Shown piece after piece: positions 12,200 through 24,632 of a stretch of 38,005 bases of DNA. Numbering within the stretch: position 1 is the stretch's first letter; each line of letters starts with the position of its first letter. Source of the DNA: Trichoplax sp. H2. Taxonomy: Eukaryota. A program made the position numbers and the translations under genes. The notes under the pieces were generated by a model. The model saw only the letters and a list, made by a program, of their open reading frames with translations, did not search any database and was not told where the DNA came from. The stretch is from the NCBI GenBank assembly GCA_003344405.1, contig NOWV01000178.1, positions 124,001 to 162,005 of the forward strand. Direction: 5' to 3'.

Positions 12200-12370
12200 T
12201 GTTACTGACTTCCTGTATTGTATAGTCACCGTTTGGTACAGTATTACAGTTTTGTAGTGTACAGTGTACAGTCCCTAAAAACTTCTTGACATTGTACAGT
12301 AGATGTACTGTACACTGTAGAGTGCATACTGTATAATAGTGTATATGTTAATAGATTGACAGCCGAGTGA
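12200..12370. promoter_or_regulatory. Probable POMGNT1 upstream promoter region with dense TACAGT/ACTGTA/TGTACA motifs and an ETS-like ACTTCCTG
   Basis: Many copies of these hexamers within ~170 bp directly upstream of the POMGNT1 5' region. Function is inferred from position. Confidence 0.4.
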
Positions 12371-12744
12371 TTCAATGGCCCCAAAACAGTTGAGTTTGAA
12401 CAAGGCCAAACTCATTTTTGGGGGACGTTTTTGACTATATTAGGGTCTTTGGATGCATTTTCATTTTGTATCTGGTCATTTCCAGGAATGGCCGTCTTCG
12501 TTTTCGATGCAGTCTACGCGTACAGTGCAGTACACTACTGTAGATCACGAGCGCAAGGGTTCAGCGTCTTTAATTTCGTTTTAGATACTTTGACCTGGGA
12601 AAAATGGAACTAAAACTAACGGGCGAATGCAGTTTACTGCAGTATACCGACATCTGGCTAATCTTTGAGTTCACTGTAGTATATAGAAATGGTTGTACAG
12701 CATAGATAGCAATACTTTTCATTTATACTTTTATTAAAATATCA

Positions 12745-12820
12745 TCATTATATATATGTTTTATATATATGTCATATATCTATCAATATATATGTTATAT
12801 ATACGTATATATATATATTA
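12745..12820. repeat. Degenerate (AT)n microsatellite
   Basis: Interrupted TATATA runs. Confidence 0.8.
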
Positions 12821-12854
12821 AAATAATCTTGTGCCGCGTGCGTAACCCTTTATT

Positions 12855-12976
12855 TAGACCAATCAGAACGTACGATAGGCGATGACGTAAGCATTAACTA
12901 GCCAATGAATACGCTTGAAGCCGACATAGGAGTTCAGTTGCAGGCTTGCAGCTATCCACTCCAGCGAAAGGTAAGC
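12855..12976 (+). promoter_or_regulatory. CCAAT/CRE-type promoter followed by a candidate short first exon ending at a strong donor AAG|GTAAGC (12970/12971)
   Basis: CCAATCAG at 12859, TGACGTAA at 12883-12890, AGCCAATGA at ~12900-12908, a local CpG-rich patch and a consensus donor. Confidence 0.45.
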
Positions 12977-13519
12977 CCGGTTATCCCAATTTTCCTGCTC
13001 AGAATAAGCATACTCTTCTTCCAGAATAATTTGTGTGCTACACTATCGATGAACTCTCAACGACCACCTCCATCTACACTTATAGTGATGCACCTATATT
13101 TGATTCTACTGATAGCTATATTTGATATAGTTCGGTTACTTTGAATGGATCTTATCGTCAAGCTCATATAAGATGATTGCTAACTACTATATTAGCTATT
13201 GTCGATGACTTATAGTAGCCAGTTGAGTAATCATAGTACAAGATTTATGTAGCTAGAAAAATTGTAGTTGTTAAGATGCCCCTCGAAGAAAGGGCCTAGA
13301 CGTTAATAGAAGAGCACTGACATCTTAAGTAGGAGATTTAGATTATAGAAATAATGATGTATTATTAGAGAAAAGTATTTTGTTTGATGACTCATGTCTG
13401 ATTGTAGATTAATCAAGTTGTCATAAATGGATTAACGAAATGTTTATAAAAAACTGCAGAGATGAACCCACGGAGGAGAAGAAACTGTACTTCGCTTTGA
13501 GCTCGGAATACTTTCGATT

Positions 13520-13850
13520 TTAGACTAGATTCTTGTAGTAATTAACTATTGCCCTACTACTGCTGGTAGCACCAGTCGTCGCTGCTGATATTGCAGCACT
13601 ACCCAACATGCTTCCAGCGCCAACTGTAGAAGCTCAACCAAAAGACTACACTGCTTCATGCATTTTTTAGCATTTAAAGCCCTTTCGCCTTCTAATAAAA
13701 TAGGATGAGCTCTATAGTTCTGAACTAAAGGCTACACCTCCAGCTAAAATACTACTACTTACTGCTATCAAGCGCAATCCGACACCAATTTGCATATCTG
13801 ACGTAGTACCCAAAATATGATTTGTATATTTTCTCATCTCGTTCTCCTGA
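13520..13850 (-). pseudogene. Possible decayed coding fragment (Gly/Ala/Ser-rich hydrophobic segments) with in-frame stops
   Basis: One minus frame reads ...MQIGVGLRLIAVSSSILAGGVAFSSEL*...*ASTVGAGSMLGSAAISAATTGATSSSRAIVNYYKNLV*. No family recognised. Confidence 0.2.
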
Positions 13851-14847
13851 TTATCTATGTTATTGTTTCATGTAACATGAATATCTGTCAATATTAGCAA
13901 AACTTTAACTTCAGTTCTGAAGTTCTTAAAAAGGAATTTCACAGTAAATTATATAATAACGATTTAGATCATTTACTCACACACTAGATTTAATGATCCT
14001 TAATATATACACGGTAAAATTCTCAGTTTGCTATTATATGGCTTCATGGCTAGTAATGTACGCGAAAAATTGTTGCCATATGCTGCCTTCAGAAACCAAA
14101 GAAATTGCTATAAACGAGACAGGAAGTTGGCGTTTAGTGGTTATTACTTGACCGTACAGCAAAATGTACTTGGGCGCCTTTGATTTCGGGTAATTTACAT
14201 AGATTGTCAAAAAATCATCCTTACTATATATTAAAATGATTTGTTCGGATTTTGCACGTGATGCGTATTCGCAAAAAAAAGATGTTGATAGCTTAAAGGA
14301 CTCAATATATAGGCATGGATTAATTATATACTATAGATATTCAATGATGAATAAGGATATAGGTAACTATCGCTCATAGTGCGGGTACAATCTAATTGAT
14401 CTAGTTGATAATTATAATTTAATTCATTTATTTTGCCATTTCATGCACGGAAAGTAAGAGTAACAAACTATGCCCATCAGACATCACTCTAGAACTATTA
14501 AATCTGAAATTTTTAATCGGTAGATTGAGACTCATTTTAAGAATTAATTATTGGATATTCAGTATCATTAAAAAATTGCTAAGTATTTAGATCTGTCGGC
14601 CAAGAATTATTCTCAGTCCAATGTCAAAATATGGCTAACAATTTGGTAAGCAAGGTGTTTTTGAAGCTTTATCATAAGAGCAAAGGCATCTCCGTGAAGG
14701 ATTCGTCACTAGAGAATGAAGAGTCTAGAGTTTCATTTTTAAAGTTTTTATTGGCTTAAGAATGTTCAAAACGTATGATAATAGTTTCAGCGTAAACGGA
14801 AGTATCTCGATTCTATTAGCGCTGAAAATACGTCTATAAACCCCAAA

Positions 14848-17800
14848 TTAAATTGTTTTGAATAATTTCCTTGATTGATTTATAATCCTATTTCTACTAA
14901 ATTTCCACATTAAGAATAAGGCTAACCCAAGAGTAATGCTTATACTTAGACATATAAAGGCAATATTTGATTTTAAATTACCAAGTGAATGTTGAGTTGG
15001 TAAATTTAAACTATCCTCACTTAGTTTGAAAGATCGAGAAGAAAACCACCTAAGATATAATGAAATCACTCCAGCAGCCAAAGCAGTATAATGTTGTAAG
15101 CATCCATCTTTGGTAAAGAATAAAATAATAGTATAATTAAATTGGGTAAATTAAACTTATCAATATAAAACCGGAAGCATGTCAACTCCACTTCTATTTA
15201 CTGTAAGTTACGCTAGTAAATTTCATATATTACTGTCACAACCGAAATCGCAACATAAAAATTAACAGGATTCTTTCCTCTAAAGTAGTCTCAACTATCT
15301 AAGCAACTGACTTGAAGCTCTCTTTAATCTACCAAACTTAGATTTGAGTCTTAGATGATAGAATACTCACGCTAAGAATCAAAACTATGTTCTAAAAGCT
15401 ATTTATTAAAATGACCGATTGAACTCACAACTCCCTCAATCAAGAACTTTGAGGCTTTTATATAGCCTCACAAACTTCCTTGGTGCAAAACAATAGTAAA
15501 TTTATAGCCAAGTCTACATGCTGAATATAGCAAGAATCACAATACACTTTCTATAACAATTGACAGCAGTTAATTAATGGCTAGTTGTTAACATTTGATT
15601 CATTACTCAACGAAATTATATCATCGATGACTCTATAATTAATTAATTGTCAAAATTACCTTCTAATTTTTGCTCGGTTCTTTTTAATCTTTTCCTATGT
15701 GGATTAGATTCTTCATTTTCGTTCCTTTAGAAGATAGTAAGACTTATTTCAATCAAACAATACAAACTAACACAATTTACGCTACAGTTAGGTAGGGAGA
15801 TACCATGATGCATCCAGTATCCGTAGTATTTCAAGTCATACAAGTGTGCTCTAGTTCAATTCGTGGAATTATAGTGCTAGTACTACTCCTTTATAGCTCA
15901 GAAAGTGTACTTACTTCTTCAATTAAGTTACCAAATATTACAATAAATAAATAAATATATACACAGCCAAAAAATTAATCTAATAGAAGTAAATTGAAGT
16001 ACTGGTAGTTACGCAGCACAGAGACTGTGACAATTTATTAAATGATGAATAAATCTATTTTCTAGGCAAGATTAATGCAGAGGTTGACTTGATCTCAGTA
16101 AGATCTAAACACGACTAAATACAGAATTATTTAAATACAAATTAAAGCATGATATTTTAAGTCTGTAATAATGTGTATGCAGACACCTTGAATCTGTAAC
16201 CGTATACTTACATCTCGGATTTCTAAATGATCTACTATAAATTACTTGCAAGCAACATTGCTACTTTCAAGATTTATTGTTAATGTCTGGCTGTATGTGA
16301 TCGATAATATTAGTATTCTAACACTCAAACATTTTATTTGCATTACTGTAGCTGAGAATGGATGCTAATAGAAATGTGTAATTAATTGGTTCAACTTCAA
16401 CGGTTTAATTGTTAGTTACGTAGGTCTAATCAACAAACTGTTTTTTGAGATAACTGATCGTATTAATCACGACAATAGCATCAAATATTAATAATTCAGT
16501 CAATTTATTAATTGCAATTTAACTTACTTGGGCTTATTTGGATCCAGATAAATATATGGGCCACGATAATATCGAAAACATCCATCTTGAGATTGCCATT
16601 TTAGTATCATAGCAATAAATGTCTGGTTAATAAATTGCTGAAAGCCAGGTACCCCTGCGCACGTATAAATTTGTTCCAGAAATAAGTCTTGTTTAATTTG
16701 CTTCGATAAACCTTCTTTTAAGTTCTCTATCATGCCGTCCCATATTCGAGAGCAAAGCTGATGCTGCAATTTTAATAATCCTCCGTATTTTTGCAATTTT
16801 TTGTCCAAAATAGTAATACAACCAAACTGTTTCGCCAATAACATTGCCAATACTTGGTGGGTTAAAGTGTAATCATTGCTATTTAATGATCGAATAAAAT
16901 CGATACATTCATCTGAAAGAATGCATATGATCATTAATTTTGTAACTGATTAAGAAATCAAATCTTGCATCTATATCTAATATTAAAATCTGTAGAATTA
17001 AAAATCGACGAAATACTCTGTAATTTTGCGACAAAGCATAAAGAATGTAGGAAAAATTTAGGTTTCTACCGTAAAATCTATGCTACTCTATCAATTTATT
17101 TCGATCTAAAGCAGTGATAGCACTTAATAAAATATGATCAGTAATTTAATCTGAGTATCTATAACGCAGCACATATAGCTTGTAAGCAGATGGATGAATG
17201 CAATAATGATCGTTTTAGAGATATTAATGTGATGTAAACCTGAGACAGTATCTGCACAATATAAATTATCTATCCAAAATAAATATGGCATGCTTATCAT
17301 TCAGTCTGGGTTGGCTAAAAAGAAGCACTAAGTTCGTATATCTTATGAAGTGTAGCATTCAATGATATAAAACTAGAGCTTGTATAATATGTTAACTACT
17401 TGCATGCTAATATTGAAATACTACATGAAATGCATTCACCTCTTAGTTATTAATCCTAATATAATTTGTATTAAAGTAAAGCTCAGTTACCTGTAAATGT
17501 GCATATAGGGTGCTCTTTGACTCCCATTATGTCTAGCATATAACGATCCATACTTTTGATTTGATTCCTATCGATTTTATGAGCAATGTTCTGATGATAA
17601 TTTAGTTCAATCAGTTGATGAGGAATTGGGATAGAGTTTTCGAACATTTTAGAGAACGCTTTGTAAGTAGGATCTGCTTTCTTCAACTTGGATGTTATGT
17701 CCTCAATTACCTTATCTGCTGTAGTAAATAACTCTCGGAGTCTTGTAATTTGTTCTTCAGTAAGAATAGATTTGCCTTCATCTGCTTCTTTCAGAGTGAC

Positions 17801-18699
17801 TTTGACATATTCTGTAATAGCAATAGAATAAAAAATAATTGAAGACTCATTAAGTCAATCTTTATCTAGATTATTTACTTCAACTGACTGTGATCTAAAT
17901 GATTTAGTTATCTTACCCTCAGATGATATGGTAGAAAATCAATTTTATACCAAAAGTGAGACGATATTTTATTCAGAAAGTACAATCATTTGGTGAAATG
18001 CCTAGACGTTCTTATTGATGATGAGGCAATAATTCAATAGCGATAATAATTAAGGGAATTACTACATTTTTCCGTGATAACATGAATCTTTTTCTATGCT
18101 AATGAATGGGAAACTCTTTTGGTGACAAATGCCGATGAAATATTATCCAAGTATGTGCAGTGTAAACTGGTACTATTCTACATGAATATACTACCATTCG
18201 GCGGTGGTTTACAGTCTTATGCTAACGCAGTAAGAGACACAAATTTCTGTATTACCTCACTAATTATTGTTACTTCTAGGATTATTAAGCAATAGCTTGA
18301 TGGAAAGGTATACTTAAATATCCGAAAGTAACAAAATCTATTTCAGACTTTATATATATGGCATTTTTTGGCGTTAATAAATATTTTTTCAAGACATTTA
18401 CAGTTTGATTTACAATGCAAATCAAATTCAAAACTTCTCCAGCTCATAATCTTTTCTAGTTTAAAATTTAAATAACAAAATAGATATCAAAGCTACAAAC
18501 CTTTGGAGGTATAAAGTCCATAAATGGAATCCATTATAATTTTGTCTCGGTTTTTAGTGTAAAATGATATAATACCTCTCCATGATTCAATTAAATCATC
18601 AACTGTGACAGTTGGATAAGAATATTCTTGATTAGTGACAAAGTAAAGCTTTGTGATGAATATTAGAATAGTAAGACTAGCTTGAAAAATGTGAGCCAT
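14848..18699 (-). CDS. C16orf89/UPF0764 (DUF4735)-like protein with signal peptide and C-terminal TM, ~409 aa; exons 18501-18699, 17491-17811, 16528-16912, 15660-15724, 14848-15107
   Basis: Frame-consistent splicing gives C.FTDEC...YTLTHQVL...GC...LCSRI...DLFLEQIYTC...ILKWQSQDGCF...RKRLKRTEQKLEDGCLQHYTALA. This parallels recalled C16orf89 motifs (YCLSHQLL, DIFMENIMFC, ILSWQ..EGCF, RVKRREKQFPDGCSSHNTATA). Confidence 0.85.
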
Positions 18700-19952
18700 T
18701 TCAATTTCAATATTTCAGTATTACTTTGTCATCTAATTCATCTTTTTACATTCGGAAATACTCTAGTTGCATGCTTTGGTTATAAGTTATGATAAAGAGC
18801 AAGTATTATTAATAACTTTACTCAAGATTTGGCGGAAAGAAGATCAACCAAAGAGTTGAAATGATGTTCAGTAACTATTTTTGTTAATAGTTACATGCTA
18901 TGATTCATAAATATTAATAATTTATTCTTACTGCGTTACAATGGAATCACTTTTATAATGTTAAAACTAATTACATTTACTTCGTATTTTATACTCAGCA
19001 TATAAAATATATGCAAGAAAATAAAGATAATTATTTTATAAATAAATATTTACATTATATAAATAAGATCTGATTGGATTTACGCAATTAATCTAATTGT
19101 ATTAACGAATATAGTTAATCGTGATTCATGTATTTTAATCATTTGACTTTGACTACATGAATATGAATTACTTAATGTCGTTTAATTAAACTTTAATCTG
19201 ATATGCTTGTTTAGTGTATTTTACATATTTTGCAACATTTTTCTATTACTGGAGTAAATGAGTTGATAAATGATTATGTAATAAGTTATTAGTACTGTAG
19301 TCATAATTTAGGTTGGTGTACGTCTAATTTTTTGTGCAATATTACAGCTTATTTATGATAGCGACTAACTGAATTCAGATGCAGTTAAAGTGCACTGGAA
19401 GCACATTTAACAGACAAAGTTGACATTACAAAGAATGAAAATTGTCACAAAATGGTCACATTTTTAATTATTACCATACTTATTGATGTGACTTGCAGTA
19501 ACTCATAATTTCTAGAAGAAAGAAATGTACATGTTATAAAGTAATGTTAACAAGTGTCCTATGTAATGAAATGAAATATGTAGATATCAAGCTACAAGAA
19601 CTTCTAAAAAACTTTGATGCTACTCCTTAACACTCTGATCGACTTAGCGAAACTTTGACACTACATAAAATTGGGGAAACAACCGATCAACAATTTATTA
19701 AGAAAACGTGGGAGAGATAGATCAAGCAACCTTCCAAATACTTAATTCTAAGTATTATAAGTAAAGAAATAAAAAAACGACAGAACTGAAACCGTCAACA
19801 ACCAAACAACCTAACAAAAAGAAGGACGTTTTAACTTACAACAGTTCGACCCTGAAGGCTTTTAAAATTTAACAAGTTCTTCAAAAGAATCTTCTTTAAT
19901 CTCTACTCTAAATTTTCTGATTGCACTATCATTTATAGGCTTCGCAGAGCAC

Positions 19953-20611
19953 TTGATGTTTTAGCATGAAGTTGTATGGTAACTGTACAATTATCGCCGC
20001 TGTGGTATTTAAAACTAAATATTTAATAACCAATCACTCTTAAGATCCATTTTGGAAAACTGCTTTGCACCACATAAGAAAACAAAAATCATTCAAAATT
20101 CAGAAACAATCTACCCTATAATTCCCTTACAAAAAACTGTAAAACCAACAAACTAACTATAAAATACATCAAGCTTCAGTTCTAACATTATACATTACAA
20201 AAGTCTAAAAATTAACCTATGAACATCATGATTTAGTCATAAAAATAACAGTCTAACTACTTTACAATCAACACAACCTCTACCATTTGCCATCTTATTT
20301 TCTATTTTCTCAACTAAACTTTCCTGTTGTAACTTTCATATCACGTTATAAAATTCCAAAGTTTCAAATTCATAACGAAAAGTTTAAATTTCAAAAATCA
20401 ACTCTTACAACATTTTCTAAAAATTAAAATCCTAAAATTATATCGAACATAGATCAGACCGGTTCCGGAATCTGAATCCAAAAAGTCCGAATTTTATAAA
20501 GATCACATAATCGCATATCATAAAATTTTCTATGATAACATGACTACTTTTCTGACATTAGTATTGACAGTTGATGTTTTAGCATGAAGTTGTACGGTAA
20601 CTGTACGATTA
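19953..20611. repeat. Pair of 41-bp direct repeats (19953-19993, 20571-20611) bounding a G-poor segment
   Basis: TTGATGTTTTAGCATGAAGTTGTA(T/C)GGTAACTGTAC(A/G)ATTA, 2 mismatches between copies. Confidence 0.85.
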
Positions 20612-21659
20612 CAACCTACATTACAGTACTTTATTCTCATGCTATAAATCCCCTTTCTCTATTGATAGGGCTTTGTTACTAAGTCAAATTCATTTACAAT
20701 TTTAAAAGACTATCAAACGCCCTTTCGTTAGATTAGGCGATTGCTCTTAGGTTATTCCTATAGTAATCTATATAATATATTGTAAAATAGTGAAGAAGAA
20801 AAGATGGCGATATCATGATTTGGCATTGTAAAATTTAAAGATACTATCACTTTGTAGGTAATTTTCTATAGTAAAGTAATAATAGTTATATACTAAAACC
20901 TATAAAGGACTCTGCTTATAGTCCTTTACTACAAGTCAATGCGAGAGGTAATTATATAAGGAGAACGGCTGATATTGTTTACAAAAAAGAAAGTTCAGTC
21001 AAATCATATTTTGCGATTCGCTTCTACATTCAGCTATCAATACATCAATAATAAATCTTTTATTGAAATTATAATTATAAATTGACTGAAGTAATATACA
21101 AGATTTGCACTAGTTATACACTACTAAGAGAGTAATTTTGAAGAAATAAGTCCGGTAATTAAAAACGAATCATTACTAAAATTACTTTTTATTGGACTAT
21201 ATATATTTGTGCTCATCATTCTGCCCTTAATGCATTTATTGACAATTACTACCAAAATAGCTAACTTTTAGATGTAAAGTACTGATGTAATGATGTAACT
21301 AACTTTTAGATGTTAACTGCAGTGGATAAAGATATTGCTCTGTAACCCAATCGTAATAAATTTGGTATTGCTTTTGGGATACTATCTACACAAATTTAGT
21401 TATTTTATTGCACATTCGTTACTTCACTGATATATTGTTGCCCTTCTAGTCTTTTTCGCTAGGTTAGGGGTAATTATATCAGATACTCTGGCTAGTTGCA
21501 ATGCACTAAAATACACAATCTAAAATTACTAATAAGTTATCTATATTAGTCTCTGAAGCTTCCAGTCTAACTTGCATAAAATCACTCCTAATTTTAACAG
21601 CTTATTACATTGTTATAGTAATTAACTTGATTACAGCAATCTCCAATCCGCTATCGTTT

Positions 21660-22150
21660 TTAGAGTAAGAACGAATTGGAGGAATTGTAACAAAATCTGT
21701 TCTACAAGCTGTACTTAAAGTGTAGATCACACAAATAATTTTATAATTGCAGATGCATTACCGATTGAGATACCACGTAATAATACAATAAACTTTAACA
21801 GACAAGGAAAACTTCTTACAACAGCAGATCTTCAAAAAGAAGATCTAAGAACAACAATAACAGAAAAGCGTAGCTGCTTAAATACATTGTCTAACTTGTT
21901 TATAGCATAACGACCGCGAATAATATCGCTTAATACTTCCAGATTTTAGTATGAGAATAAGATTCTATGATTACTATTACTGTTTATTCTACTAAACTAA
22001 AATCAACATACCTGAATTATCACAAACATTACTTATATATACCTATTATTGTCAGCAGCACTAAATTTTGGTATTATTTTTAAGTTATATCCAATTTACT
22101 TCTACATATCACGTTGACAATGATAACTTATCTAAGAGCTTCACTATAGG
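21660..22150 (+). repeat. Dispersed ~490-bp repeat, copy 1 (inverted homolog at ~37278-37780)
   Basis: Collinear shared blocks, e.g. ACAACAGCAGATCTT, ACAGAAAAGCGTAGCT, TCTAACTTGTTTA, TTTAGTATGAGAA, ATTTTGGTATTATTTTTAAGTTATATC. Confidence 0.85.
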
Positions 22151-22231
22151 AATTTTACGGGGTACCTATTACGAAATAACATCGTGAATGCCATATCGAC
22201 GAACAATATACCATTTACTGATCGTGAGCAG

Positions 22232-22357
22232 TAGACCATCCTAAAATATCAAAACTACTTAAAGTATTTCGCAATCCCATTGCTGGTGATACTTAAACTA
22301 TTACATTATAATTATCTAAAAATATTGTATGTAGTTTTGATATTTTAGGATGGTCTA
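22232..22357. mobile_element. Small MITE, 25-bp perfect TIRs plus flanking TA (Tc1/mariner-type target site)
   Basis: TA-GACCATCCTAAAATATCAAAACTAC (22232-22258) is the exact reverse complement of GTAGTTTTGATATTTTAGGATGGTC-TA (22331-22357), with a 72-bp spacer. Confidence 0.75.
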
Positions 22358-24632
22358 GTGTGCAGTTAAGAGCCTACTTTAGTGGAATAACTTCCGGTAA
22401 TTTGAGAAAATGATAGCAAGAGTATTTTCTTCCATCCTATCGGTTTAATTGTTTTGAAAGAAATCAATATCTACTGTATAGATTATAACGATAAATAGTA
22501 TATTATTTATCTATGAAATGACACAGATCATAACTTACTTTTAGACCGTTATAATTTTGCAATTGTCATTCTGCCAGGTATTAACAAATTGGATTTATAA
22601 TAAAGTGCAAATTAGTCAGTATTTTTAGAGCTATTTTACGGTGTTTGCAAAAAGAACTTTTTTGTATTAGTATCGAATTCCCTTCTACAAGCTAGTATTA
22701 AAAGTCTTTGGTTTGTAGTATTCGCACTATATTAGGCTAGATTACTATTAAAGCTATCCGCATCATCAGTCTAAAATAATCATAGGAATGAATCAGACTG
22801 GAGAAGAACAATGCATTGAATTTACAAGCTAGTGAGGATATTATTGTGACTATATTAGTTATTTTTGTTAGAACGTATTGTAAAAATAAAATTTAACTTA
22901 GAAATAATTTAGTGTGAATTAAAAGTAGTCTTTTGTAGTCATTAAGTCATATTTTACGATTATGATAAGGTGAACATGTTACTTTTGCCTACTATAGAAA
23001 TACAGTAATTGTAGAATTTTCGTTGCTATAAAAATTCTTATATGATGCTATTCGAAAGCTCTTGCTTATAATCTCCAGGTTGCTAAATTGTAAAGCATTT
23101 AAGCAACTTTACCTTTCTTGTAGAGATAGAAGTAGTTCATCCGGATGAATAGATAGTTTTAAGAAAATTTACTTTTACTAACTGAGAAAATTTTATCCGT
23201 CAGAGCTTGCTGCAGTACTAGTGAGTAAATTCGATGCTGATAAATTATAAAGTCCGTTATATTTCGAGGCTTCCTTGAGCATACATTGTTATTAAACAAG
23301 CAGTTCTCGTTAAAAAATGTATCACTGGTACTTTCAGAAATTTGAATTTGAACCTTTTATTATAGCTATTCATGCCTGTTAATCATTCAGTAATAATGTC
23401 GTCAAATTTCGTAATATTGTAATGTTTCCTTTGATGAAAATTCATTGCGAATTAACAGATATTTTGTTAACTCTTGCGAAATAGGATGCATTATAGGTGC
23501 TTAGATTCTCGCTCTTCAGCAATTATTATAATAAAACGATATTTTTAGATTAGCCTTGATCTAATTCTATAGTGAAACAATACCAAGTATCGATTGACTA
23601 ACATAAACTAGAAGACGGGATATGAGTAATTTACCTTAACTTTGCACTCCTACATACTCACCAAGGTGATTGTGATATATACCGATCACGAAGTTCCAAA
23701 TTTTAGAAAAATTATGGCTTTATTGAATCTTATACAAAGATTAACTACACACAGCTCTACTCTAGTCGAATCCTACTACAAAAGAGTTCTAGCATGAACT
23801 AACAGAATAATCTAAAGTTGTATGCTTTTATACTTTTCGTAGTATTCGCAGCTACAATCCGCATGGCAACCTTTTACCTTATTTTACACATAGTGTCTTA
23901 TGATAAATATAGAAGTTACGCTACCGTACAGTATACTAAACATGGCTAACAGTCTACAATCACAATACTAAGTTATATAACAGTGATTTATGCAAGTAGC
24001 GTTACTTATTTAGCGAAGAGTAGCTACTATTTAATATGTATGGCAGCATATTATCAGTTCATGAACTAATATGGTTAATTTAATAATCATTTTATAGGAG
24101 TAAATTTAAATCTATGATTAAGAAGTTGTAGTAAAGTAGAGTTGATATGAATGCAAGTCCATATTGATCGTCAATGATTGGCGACTGCTAAAAAGATAAG
24201 AACTAGATTTTTAAATTCAAAGCTTGCACTGAATGTTATAAGGGGAATAGAAACTACGCTAAAATTCTAAGATTAATCTACTAGCTATTATCAGACTAAA
24301 GTAATTAAGATAAATTAAATTTGTGTGCTTTTTAGTTGAGTATTTAAGAAAGAAAAGGCAATTTGTTTATCCAGAAGAATCTTCTTGGCCTTTAAAAAAT
24401 TCTGATGGAAAAGTTATATTGTTTTGTCTATTTGTAGCTAGCTGCTATATTTGATGTTTCTATGGTAAGCCTATAATAGGGGAAAAGTAGCTACTTAACT
24501 ATTACCAGGATATCATTGAGAAAGTAAAAAATTCTCACGTGTTAGGTTTACAGATTTAGATTTTAAAAGATATTTTTACTCTTACCAGATGTATTCAGAA
24601 AATGTAATTTCTCATGATCTATATGTGGTCCC

